IMG/VR virus record: IMGVR_UViG_3300045988_076504
Coordinates: 36,080 to 100,079 of that record
Length of the DNA: 64,000 nt
From: a virus
Reading direction: 5' to 3' (one strand)
Position numbers and translations under genes: made by a program. The notes below the pieces were generated by a model. That model made no database searches, had not been told where the DNA came from, and was given only the letters and a program-made list of their open reading frames with translations. Below are positions 41,301 through 49,154 of the stretch, in pieces (the stretch's first letter is position 1; the number at the start of each line of letters is the position of its first letter).

Positions 41301-42136
41301 GAAATCTTACGAGTCGTGAAATAAAACAATAGAAAAAATAGCATTATTATAGAGGAGGTTATAATTTTATGACAGGTCACATTGAAAATGGTATATATAT
41401 GAGTAACCTCAAAGCTCTTAAAAGATTAGTGTGGGATGCTTAGAAACACAGAATTAGATTCAATCGCTTTTTCTTGAAATATAGTAATATGACACAAGAA
41501 GAACTTAAAAAGTCTGACATATCTATGGCGGAATTATATTCACTTAAGCGTATATTATTAGAATTGTCTGTCGTTGCAGGTTGTGTTACAATGTCTGTTT
41601 TAGTAAATAGACATTGTCAAGGGTTGGATCCAGATGACGATGATAATTATTGGTGGTTCTTGTTAAATTCAATTTTCATGAGAATTGGTATTGAACGTGT
41701 TACAATGTATAATCCTTAGACTGTTAGTGATTTGATTACGTCTATAACAACATTAACTAGTGCAACTTCTAAATTATTTGGTGTATTTGATGTACTTGGT
41801 GATTTCTTAGGTCTTACAGATCACGATCCTAATGAAATCATAACATCGAATAGTGCATATAATGGCTATACACGGTCTTACAGAGCTACAATGAACGCTC
41901 TTTCAATTTTCGGTACAGCTGGTTGGTTTGCAACAATGCCTAAATCATTAGGAGGTGGTGGAGCTAGAGCTCTTGACAAGTCTGCAGGATGGTATGCTAA
42001 AACTGCTCCTTGGAGGTTGTTATATAAGAATCAAGATGCTGGATATACACCAGTAGAAAAAGATTATAAAGATCCGTCTCTTGCGACAGATGATATTTCA
42101 AATTCTGATTTAGCTACAGACGACGTTATAGAATAA
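35396..42136 (+). CDS. Polyvalent virion effector protein (2,246 aa, ~26 TAG): ART-PolyVal-like domain, HExxH metallopeptidase, and a C-terminal TM region
   Basis: ATG 35396 lies 9 nt after the upstream TAA. It joins 12 track ORFs in frame 2. It contains FKEWFGDWE..VIDENGEPLVVYHNT..ALFLNLKNPLE..ITPNQIKSATDNVGTF, plus HEMIH at 37004-37018. Hydrophobic segments fall near 41540-41700. The stop is TAA 42134-42136. Confidence 0.75.
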
Positions 42137-42181
42137 AAATTTTGGGCGTATTCTCCATAGTCCAATAATGGTTAAAAAAAG

Positions 42182-42212
42182 AGGGTGGTAGTTATTTGCT
42201 AACTATCACCCT
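42182..42212. terminator. Shared hairpin terminator at the convergence of the late (+) and early (-) blocks
   Basis: A 13-bp stem, agggtggtagtta(42182-94)/taactatcaccct(42200-12). On the minus strand it is followed by CTTTTTTT (aaaaaaag 42174-81); on the plus strand by gtttt. The 3' arm and loop contain the last codons and the TAA of the minus gene 42192..42692. Confidence 0.75.
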
Positions 42213-42692
42213 GTTTTCGTATATACGATCAAACTCTTCGATAGTTGGAGCATAGTCGTCTTCTGGTACCGACGATCTATCAACTCCAAATATTTGCATA
42301 GAAGAATTTAGGAGACGATTGTTCAGGTCGTCATCATCGAGTCCCCAAAATTGCAAAACACGGGTTGCTCGATTTCCTGTAGGTACTCTTCCTTTAAACA
42401 AATATCTTGAAAAGCTATCGAAAAGTTGAAGTGTATATACCGTATATGGTTTATTGTTTACTCTTATATGTTTTACAGAACGTAGCGATTTTTGTTCTCG
42501 GATTTTCATCCATCTAATCTTACTTTCTCTTGTATCGACAGTATCATCATACATTAAGAATAAACAATATTCTAAGCTGGGTCTGTTTTGATCGTATATA
42601 TACGCATCGACAAACCCAGCTTGTTTTGTAATATCATCCTTAGTTATTGTATCAACCGCGAAAGGAATGATACATTTTATCTGTGTAGACAT
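42192..42692 (-). CDS. Hypothetical protein (166 aa)
   Basis: Intact track ORF and the last gene of the minus-strand block. Confidence 0.6.
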   Translation of the reverse strand: MSTQIKCIIPFAVDTITKDDITKQAGFVDAYIYDQNRPSLEYCLFLMYDDTVDTRESKIRWMKIREQKSLRSVKHIRVNNKPYTVYTLQLFDSFSRYLFKGRVPTGNRATRVLQFWGLDDDDLNNRLLNSSMQIFGVDRSSVPEDDYAPTIEEFDRIYENRVIVSK

Positions 42693-42697
42693 AAGAT

Positions 42698-43672
42698 TCA
42701 GAGATTCAAATATTCTATACCGTTGTTTTCATAATAACCGCGAGTATGAGTCCAGTCACCTCTATTTCTATACCATACTATGTCAAACATAGCAGATTCA
42801 ATGTCATCGAGACGAGATTCAAGTTGTTCCGGAACAAACTCAAATACCCTCACCTCGTTATCAGACACTGTATCAATAGCAATTATGTAGACCCCAAATG
42901 TCCACCCTTTACTATCCTGGTGTAGTTCGTTTTGTATGTACCATTCTGCTGCCAGTTGATAAAACATAAACTGTCTGAAATAGTCATATTGCTCAACACT
43001 TTTTTCAAAATTGTGTATATGCACAGTTGTTTTTAAATCCATTATTGTACATTCTTTCTTTTCAATATCAAACTTAACACTGTCAAGAAGAGATTTACAT
43101 TGCACAACACCATTCATAGCTCTGTATGTCCAGTTTATATGAAATTCATGATGTGCATCAGGATCATCTAACAAAGGTTTTGCTGCCACATGTTTATCTA
43201 TATTCTGCTTAATAGACCATAACAACTTCATATCGTATTGTGTGATATATGTGTGTTCTGTATCTTTAAGGGATTTGATATAAGAATTCAACGTAGAGGC
43301 TATTTCCTTTGCTTCTGAGAGCATTTTAGCTTCAGACTTACCAACTATACTATATACCTTCTTATAAGCATCTAGAAGGGCTAAATCAGGCTCTATTTCA
43401 GTAGTGCTGACCAACTCTTGACAGAATTTCTCCTGTTGCTGAGATTTAGGTTTCTGCATACCTGAAACTCGATAATGTTTTTTAAACTCGTCTGGTTGCA
43501 AAAGCCACATATGAATCATGGTTCCTTTGCTCATAGCTCGCGATTCTTCGTCTGGAATTTCACCAGACATCTTTTTATAAAAATAGGATGGTCCTCCATA
43601 AAGGAGCCATCCTATCGCTGTATTGTTTATACGAGATTTATCCTCGTAATAAGGAATTTCAACCGACATCAT
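42698..43672 (-). CDS. PD-(D/E)XK (RecB/Cas4-like) nuclease (324 aa)
   Basis: The motifs are GTMIHMWLL, CTIMDLKTT (D-x-K) and QFMFYQLAAEWY (Q..Y). Confidence 0.6.
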   Translation of the reverse strand: MMSVEIPYYEDKSRINNTAIGWLLYGGPSYFYKKMSGEIPDEESRAMSKGTMIHMWLLQPDEFKKHYRVSGMQKPKSQQQEKFCQELVSTTEIEPDLALLDAYKKVYSIVGKSEAKMLSEAKEIASTLNSYIKSLKDTEHTYITQYDMKLLWSIKQNIDKHVAAKPLLDDPDAHHEFHINWTYRAMNGVVQCKSLLDSVKFDIEKKECTIMDLKTTVHIHNFEKSVEQYDYFRQFMFYQLAAEWYIQNELHQDSKGWTFGVYIIAIDTVSDNEVRVFEFVPEQLESRLDDIESAMFDIVWYRNRGDWTHTRGYYENNGIEYLNL

Positions 43673-43901
43673 ATCTCAAATATCCTTTTATTTGTGAACA
43701 TTTTTCAGAATCCGTATACTCTGCATTATCTATTATGTCTCTTACTTTTCTGTACAAGTTATGCCATTTATAGTAATGTATAGCTTTGGTTCTTTCTTCT
43801 AGCTTATGGTTCAATACTATTTCAATGATTGTACCAGTCACAACTGACATCAGTATAATACAAGTACAAACAATAATAAGAGTTATTTCTAATTCACTCA
43901 T
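43659..43901 (-). CDS. Small membrane protein (80 aa)
   Basis: Intact ORF with an N-terminal TM helix, ITLIIVCTCIILMSVVTGTII. Confidence 0.5.
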   Translation of the reverse strand: MSELEITLIIVCTCIILMSVVTGTIIEIVLNHKLEERTKAIHYYKWHNLYRKVRDIIDNAEYTDSEKCSQIKGYLRYDVG

Positions 43902-44052
43902 TGCATTCGTCGTATAATAAATGATCCAATTCTTGAATTTTACGTATAAGATTCATAGCTGTTTCTGGGTCTCTATTTAATATAGCTGAATAAACCTGTT
44001 GTTTAGTGTCATTCAGCTCTTTCCTTATTCGTCCTTCTTCAAGAATGTCCAT
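43894..44052 (-). CDS. Small helical protein (52 aa), absent from the ORF track
   Basis: ATG at 44052-44050, sequence MDILEEGRIRKELNDTKQQVYSAILNRDPETAMNLIRKIQELDHLLYDECNE, stop TGA 43896-43894. It forms an ATGAGTGA overlap with the next gene and fills an otherwise empty gap. Confidence 0.45.
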   Translation of the reverse strand: MDILEEGRIRKELNDTKQQVYSAILNRDPETAMNLIRKIQELDHLLYDECNE

Positions 44053-44425
44053 TGCATTTAATGTCTTTTATCATTTCGTCAACTTGTTTGTGATTTCTCA
44101 CAAGATAACATCGTTTTTTACTTCGATGTTTTTTCAAATAATATTTAAAGAGTTTATATCTTAAAGGAAAAGAATCTCCCATAAGACCTTTACACTCCAC
44201 AATAAAGTCTTTACCTATAAAATCCGGCAAATATGTTATGGGGCGTATTTTTTCTCCTAAATAATCAAATTTTGGTAGTAGTGTAAAATGCTTTGGCTCA
44301 TATTTAACAGGAATACCTGCTTCCATAAAAGCTTCATAAGTATAACATTCTAGTTTAGATCTAAAATGTAATCCATACTTATCGACCTTTGTCGCATTTC
44401 TCACTCTTCCTTTAGAGGTTCCCAT
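44039..44425 (-). CDS. Restriction-endonuclease-fold nuclease (DUF1064/resolvase-like, 128 aa)
   Basis: ITYLPDFIGKDFIVECKG matches the Y-x-(P)DF ... E-x-K pattern. Confidence 0.5.
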   Translation of the reverse strand: MGTSKGRVRNATKVDKYGLHFRSKLECYTYEAFMEAGIPVKYEPKHFTLLPKFDYLGEKIRPITYLPDFIGKDFIVECKGLMGDSFPLRYKLFKYYLKKHRSKKRCYLVRNHKQVDEMIKDIKCNGHS

Positions 44426-45395
44426 AACGTTGTAATTCTTTATTTAACCATTGTTTTACATCTTCGTAAGAATTATATTCTACCGCATCCGAAATATCTT
44501 TTGCTTTAAACTTCTTATTAATAAAGAACGCATCAAAATGATATTTTCTACTGTAATCTCTAGCTTTTTTTACTCCTGTAGCATCTCTATCATACAGAAT
44601 CAATATTGTTTTCCATTTAGTCTTAAGCTTATCCAATATTTCATCCGGAATAAATGTTGTTTCACTAGACGCAGCAATAGCATCATATCCCATCTCATAT
44701 AGAGTCATTACATCCTTAAGAGATTTTGTAATGATGAGAAGATTACCTCCTTCTTGAGGTATTTCAGCAAGCCCCTGAACGTCATAATTTGTCAGATTAG
44801 AACGCCATTTAGTATACTTAGAAGCCAAAGGTCTATAAATCTTAAAATGATCATATACCTTATATGCATACATAGGACAGGTTTCTTTGTAGACTCCTCG
44901 GACGGTTCCATTACAAAGAAAATACTTAATACTATAAACACGATATCTTTCAAGAGTTTTCAAAGATATATGAAACCTGCTCCAATATTGTAAATCGATG
45001 TTACTAAACGGTTGTCTAGCTATACCTATTACAGTATTGTGAGCAGGCTCATATGTCTTCTTATAATCAACCCTTTTACTTGTAGGATTCTGCTTTCGTA
45101 GAATCCTAAGAAGTTCTTTTTCTAATTCTTCCTTTGAATGTATATTACAAATAGTTTTTACAAACGTTATTGCATTTCCACCTATTCCATTACCATGGTC
45201 TTTAAAAAACAAACGTCCCTCATGTCCTACAAAGACTGCAAATGATGGATTTTTATCATCGTTTCGCAAAGGACTATTCATGAGTTTGTTTATTTTAAAT
45301 TGACCAAGATAATATGAGTAGATATCATAATCGTTCAACAGTTCTAATATATCTTGTAGAACTGTGTCCGTAATTGCTTTTTTTGTACTATACAT
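44412..45395 (-). CDS. DNA primase with a TOPRIM domain (327 aa)
   Basis: NLLIITKSLKDVMTLYEMGYDAIAASSETTFIP ... ILILYDRDATGVKKA shows the E and DxD TOPRIM motifs. Confidence 0.7.
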   Translation of the reverse strand: MYSTKKAITDTVLQDILELLNDYDIYSYYLGQFKINKLMNSPLRNDDKNPSFAVFVGHEGRLFFKDHGNGIGGNAITFVKTICNIHSKEELEKELLRILRKQNPTSKRVDYKKTYEPAHNTVIGIARQPFSNIDLQYWSRFHISLKTLERYRVYSIKYFLCNGTVRGVYKETCPMYAYKVYDHFKIYRPLASKYTKWRSNLTNYDVQGLAEIPQEGGNLLIITKSLKDVMTLYEMGYDAIAASSETTFIPDEILDKLKTKWKTILILYDRDATGVKKARDYSRKYHFDAFFINKKFKAKDISDAVEYNSYEDVKQWLNKELQRYGNL

Positions 45396-45419
45396 GACTT
45401 AAAAGTTCTTAGTTAGTAG

Positions 45420-45540
45420 TAAGAATGAGAGGACTCGAACCTCTTGATTATCCATATTGACAAGATTCGAACTTGCATACGTCAGCTTAATAGCTGATGC
45501 CTTACCTGTCGAGCCACAATATTGTATATATAAACATTCT
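45420..45540 (-). ncRNA. Composite tRNA-like element: an outer acceptor/T-arm minihelix enclosing a 72-nt cloverleaf-like core
   Basis: Minus strand: 5' AAGAATG (45540-34) pairs with CATTCTT (45427-21), next to the T-arm AGAGG-TTCGAGT-CCTCT (45444-28). The core at 45523-45452 has its own acceptor stem, D-arm and T-arm. Confidence 0.45.
45452..45523 (-). ncRNA. tRNA-shaped core lacking a 7-nt anticodon loop
   Basis: Acceptor (A)ATATTG/CAATAT(G). D-arm GCTC-GACAGGTA-AGGC. T-arm GCAAG-TTCGAAT-CTTGT. Variable loop 5 nt. The anticodon-position hairpin TCAGCT-ATTA-AGCTGA closes to a tetraloop. Confidence 0.45.
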
Positions 45541-45749
45541 TCCCCTGATATAACCACATGCATCAGAACACATCCAAGATACGCTTGGAAACAGGGCTAG
45601 ACTTACATCGATTAGAAAGCCTGTGTGTTACGTTGCTCCTCACGTCGACTTTATAGAGCTTCCTATGGAGTGGTAGGAGGTTACGATCCTCCCAAAGTTC
45701 ATATTTACCACTCTTAGTTGACTGGAGTCAACACTCCACCAGATCTGCA

Positions 45750-46364
45750 TTAGAAGGGCAGATCATCCTTTTTCTCTTCTACAATAGTATTGTCCGGGGT
45801 ACTGTGTACATCATTTTCTGATACAGCAAGCGGATCGACAGACTTTTCATCGTCTACCTTGAATTCTGGTCTGACAGTTTTGTCACGACCTGTTAATACT
45901 ATTTGAGTTTCTTTTACGTCCATTGGTTCTACAAATGTACCATATGCTGATACACGAATAAAACCTTTGTTATCGTACGTTGTTTTAAGACGTAGAAGCT
46001 TCTTTCCTCCAATAACTGAATCAAGCTTAGATTTAACCCAATTTATCATGTCAGAGAATGTATTAAGTTCTACATCTTCGATAGAGTCGAAATAACATTT
46101 GAGAATCTGAAGCATTCGTCCAAACTGCTGATTATCACGACGTTGTAGATCTTCGTCAGTTTTAATCCACTGGTTCTTCTCGTTCTTCCACTCTGTGAGA
46201 GAAGCTGTTGCTCCATTAGCATCCTCAAATGTTATCTCCAAGTAATCACGACCGGTTGGAGATTTCATGACATTTACTTCTTTAAGAGTTACATTGTCAT
46301 TAATTCCGGCATTCATATATTTATTTGATGAACTTTCAAATACGGCTGTTTTAGTACTAAACAT
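45750..46364 (-). CDS. Single-stranded DNA-binding protein (204 aa)
   Basis: The acidic C-terminal tip ...EEKKDDLPF is typical of SSB tails, and the gene sits in the replication module. Confidence 0.6.
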   Translation of the reverse strand: MFSTKTAVFESSSNKYMNAGINDNVTLKEVNVMKSPTGRDYLEITFEDANGATASLTEWKNEKNQWIKTDEDLQRRDNQQFGRMLQILKCYFDSIEDVELNTFSDMINWVKSKLDSVIGGKKLLRLKTTYDNKGFIRVSAYGTFVEPMDVKETQIVLTGRDKTVRPEFKVDDEKSVDPLAVSENDVHSTPDNTIVEEKKDDLPF

Positions 46365-46372
46365 ATCTTCTA

Positions 46373-47122
46373 TTAGTTTTCTGATTTATAAATTCTGTCC
46401 CAATAAGTTGTGATAGTTCCATCTTCATTACCAGTAGCAATGATGATGTCTTTACCTCTCAAGTGAGGTGCTCTAGCTTCTTTGATGGTTCCATCTCCAC
46501 CTTTGAAGCTTATATGAGTCTCGTTACCTTTTCTATAAACATATCCTACAGCATCAGCTTCACCACATACAATAGAACCAAGTTTTCCAACAAGGTCTAG
46601 TGCCATTTGACTAAGCTCTTCGCCATTCTGTTCTATTTGAACATCTTTAACATGTCCAATCAGAACAAACTCGTCACAAAGACTTTTAAACATATCTAAA
46701 ACTTTGCGTACAGCTTGTCTTAGATACATATATCCAGAACCGTTTGGCAAAGTGCGTACATCGTCTCCTTTGTAGTTCTTGCCCATTGGTGTTTGGCAAT
46801 ATAAAGTCTTCGCATACGACAAACACATCTCCTCTAATCGAGTAGCGTTGTCTATAGTAATACGTCTATAAAAATTATGTCCGGCTTCTGAGTTTTTAGC
46901 TCGGATAGCTTGTGCAATTTCTCCTAAATCTTTAACACTTCTAGCTTGTACAGCCATAGCGTCTATAAACTGGGACCCACCTTCCAAATCTATAATTAGA
47001 TTACTAGAAAGTTGTGCTAATGCACTAGTCTTTCCTGCTTTGGGACGACCGTACAAGATTAAAAATTTCGGATTAGTTGAAACTGCTGGTATTGGTTGTG
47101 TAGGTAATATTAAACCGCTCAT
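46373..47122 (-). CDS. P-loop ATPase (AAA_24/Sak4-like, 249 aa)
   Basis: Walker A motif LILYGRPKAGKTS, with a hydrophobic strand plus D (FVLIGHVKD). Confidence 0.6.
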   Translation of the reverse strand: MSGLILPTQPIPAVSTNPKFLILYGRPKAGKTSALAQLSSNLIIDLEGGSQFIDAMAVQARSVKDLGEIAQAIRAKNSEAGHNFYRRITIDNATRLEEMCLSYAKTLYCQTPMGKNYKGDDVRTLPNGSGYMYLRQAVRKVLDMFKSLCDEFVLIGHVKDVQIEQNGEELSQMALDLVGKLGSIVCGEADAVGYVYRKGNETHISFKGGDGTIKEARAPHLRGKDIIIATGNEDGTITTYWDRIYKSEN

Positions 47123-47161
47123 GTATCTATGTATCTTATTTGTTAGTTCGTTTGTTTACAA

Positions 47162-47617
47162 TTACGCTGCATGCTTAATATCGATGTAAATATCGATGAT
47201 GCGCTTACGAGTATCCTCAGAAAGAAGATCGTAATAAGCCTTTGTAAAGTTGTTAAGAGGTATCAAATCATAACCGATCTGAATCTCGTCAGAGAACATC
47301 TTTACTGGCGTTCCGTCGGAAAGCTTGAAGTCATAAGAAGGCTTCTCACGCTTGTAATCATAAATAAACTTAATAGCATCGAAAATGTCTCCATAATCGA
47401 TACTGTCATATGTATACGTTTTCTTCGGCTTGCGAGCGATATCAATGTTAATATTAATATTCTTTGCACGCTTCGGAGTCTCCTCAAAGTCTGCAAACCA
47501 TGGATTATTCTTCTTTATATTAGAAGATATAATGTCACTAAGAATCTCAGAATAAGTGTTACTGGGATTAATATTCATCTTTGCAGTATTGTCGATCTTA
47601 AATGTATACTTTTTCAT
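47162..47617 (-). CDS. Hypothetical protein (151 aa)
   Basis: Intact ORF preceded by the conserved TTAATTA-ACAATTTAAA leader motif. Confidence 0.55.
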   Translation of the reverse strand: MKKYTFKIDNTAKMNINPSNTYSEILSDIISSNIKKNNPWFADFEETPKRAKNININIDIARKPKKTYTYDSIDYGDIFDAIKFIYDYKREKPSYDFKLSDGTPVKMFSDEIQIGYDLIPLNNFTKAYYDLLSEDTRKRIIDIYIDIKHAA

Positions 47618-47637
47618 AATTTTCAGCCTTTAAATTG

Positions 47638-48588
47638 TTAATTATTATCTGATACAACTTCAGACTCTATTAGGTTGTTAAAAGCAAGGTCGTTTTCAAA
47701 TTCGAGAATACAAGGTTTACCGGCATCTCTATTTTTCAAGATGTGAATATAAACCTTGTTACAAGTAGGTAAACGATTGGGACCGTACTCTTGTATACCT
47801 AATATCTCAGGTCTGTGTATAACAAGCACATAATCAGATGCTTGAAATATTGAATCAGACGATGATAAATCGCTTCTCATCGGATAATGTGAAGCAGGGT
47901 TGTTAATCCTTTCAGGCTCTTCAATTCTTCTATTCATCTGTGATAATTGTATTACAGATGTCAATGGTAGTTTTTTAGTTCTAATAAAAACTTCTTGTAA
48001 AGCACTTAAAGTTTCTATAGCACTACCAATACGTTTAGTCAACAATGTATGATCGTACATGATCACAAAATGTTTATTTTGACCTTTAACGTATTTATTA
48101 TAAAAGTATTGAATTGTAGTATCTATTTGTTCTGGTGTACCAGGATCATCTACGAAGTAGATAGGGTAATTCCTGATTTGATTGGAAACATTAATGACTT
48201 GTTCGAATGTAGTGTCATCAAGGTCCTCTTGAGAACTATACAAATAAGAAGTCGTTTTCCGTAACTTATTAGAAAGCGTTCTTCCGATCTGCCTAAATCC
48301 AACCATCTCTAATGAGAACACTAAAACAATGATATTTGCTTTAGGATTAATATCAATTAAATCAGTTGCGATAAGGTTAGCAAATGAACTCTTACCGCTT
48401 CCAGAAATACCGGCAATTGTATATACACAATTTGGTTCAATACCGCCCATACAACACATATTCAACTTCTTCCATCTTGTAGCCAATGAATTTATATCGT
48501 GGTTCTTACGAGCCGTAATATAGTTGACAGCTTCATCTGTAACTACAGAAATAGGTCGAATCTTTAGGTTAGAATAATTCTGTTCCAT
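47638..48588 (-). CDS. DnaB-family replicative helicase, C-terminal RecA-like domain (316 aa)
   Basis: The motifs are GISGSGKSSF (Walker A), LVFSLEM and QLSQMNRR. Confidence 0.75.
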   Translation of the reverse strand: MEQNYSNLKIRPISVVTDEAVNYITARKNHDINSLATRWKKLNMCCMGGIEPNCVYTIAGISGSGKSSFANLIATDLIDINPKANIIVLVFSLEMVGFRQIGRTLSNKLRKTTSYLYSSQEDLDDTTFEQVINVSNQIRNYPIYFVDDPGTPEQIDTTIQYFYNKYVKGQNKHFVIMYDHTLLTKRIGSAIETLSALQEVFIRTKKLPLTSVIQLSQMNRRIEEPERINNPASHYPMRSDLSSSDSIFQASDYVLVIHRPEILGIQEYGPNRLPTCNKVYIHILKNRDAGKPCILEFENDLAFNNLIESEVVSDNN

Positions 48589-49138
48589 AACTATGTTGTA
48601 TGTTTTGCTCGGTATTGTTCATTTCTTCGTCTGAGGCTTCCCATTGTCTATCTTGCAACCACCGCCACATTGTTTTCATATAACCCATACTTCCACTTTT
48701 CATCTTTTTATCGATTTCAAACTGTAAGCATTTGTTAATATGTTCACACATGGCGTTATTACCTCCCGTAAGTATATTATAAAGGTTGCGACATTTGTTT
48801 TTATTTGTCCTTAAGAAAGCTTTACTTCCGTCAGAACGTAAGACATATATAGGATACATTTCATAAAACAAGTCAAATTGGTCTTTAGGAGGTTCCATAA
48901 AGACTTTAAGTTTATGACTTGCTTCATATAGTATAGATTTACTTCTCTCCATCGAAGTAACCAAACCCTTGTCGATTAAGTATAGTATTTCGTCGTCACG
49001 CATAAGGCTGACTAACTTGCGAACGTCTTGATCATATGTACTTTGATTCTTATTCAATACCATACTAAGGAATACTAACTGATTTAAATTGATTTTTTCT
49101 GGAAGTTCCAGAAGTTTAGTATCTAATTCCACTATCAT
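48569..49138 (-). CDS. Hypothetical protein (189 aa), possibly a replication accessory protein
   Basis: Intact ORF lying between the polymerase and helicase genes. Confidence 0.5.
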   Translation of the reverse strand: MIVELDTKLLELPEKINLNQLVFLSMVLNKNQSTYDQDVRKLVSLMRDDEILYLIDKGLVTSMERSKSILYEASHKLKVFMEPPKDQFDLFYEMYPIYVLRSDGSKAFLRTNKNKCRNLYNILTGGNNAMCEHINKCLQFEIDKKMKSGSMGYMKTMWRWLQDRQWEASDEEMNNTEQNIQHSYGTELF

Positions 49139-49154
49139 CTCTTATACTCTTTGG

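Noticed and set aside
18366-42136. A single ~7,900-codon mega-ORF spanning everything from 18366 to 42136, given that frame 2 is shared from 32084 to 42136
   Set aside because: A genuine in-frame TAA at 35384-35386, followed 9 nt later by ATG 35396, splits the stretch into two genes.
1-42136. Pseudogenisation, sequencing errors, or TGA/TAA recoding as the explanation for the fragmented plus-strand ORFs
   Set aside because: Interruptions are exclusively TAG and never shift the frame. TGA (258-260, 16640-42, 18361-63) and TAA act as clean terminators at compact gene junctions. Recognisable motifs continue across the TAGs.
45605-45625. CUA-containing loops as candidate suppressor tRNA anticodons. 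The candidates were minus-strand TTCTAAT at ~45611-45617, the TCTA tetraloop hairpin at 52082-52095, the CTCTAGAG palindrome at ~55646-55653, and CTTCTAAAAC at 60771-60780.
   Set aside because: None has a 5-bp anticodon stem with a 7-nt loop, and none sits at the correct distance from a D-arm, T-arm and acceptor stem. They look like chance occurrences of CTA.
45668-45745. Folding GGAGTGT ... CCACTCCA (72 nt, minus strand) as a canonical tRNA
   Set aside because: The acceptor stem and an ACTC/GAGT D-stem can be drawn. However, the T-helix is 7 bp with the non-canonical loop ATCGTAA, and only 15 nt remain for the anticodon arm plus variable loop. I kept it only as a minihelix-type module.
47171-47641. 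Plus-strand ORFs inside the minus-strand block (47171..47641, 60360..60848, 53177..53515, 51778..52101, 57272..57598 and others)
   Set aside because: These are antisense shadows of well-supported minus-strand genes. Their composition is low-complexity and they have no plausible starts or junctions.
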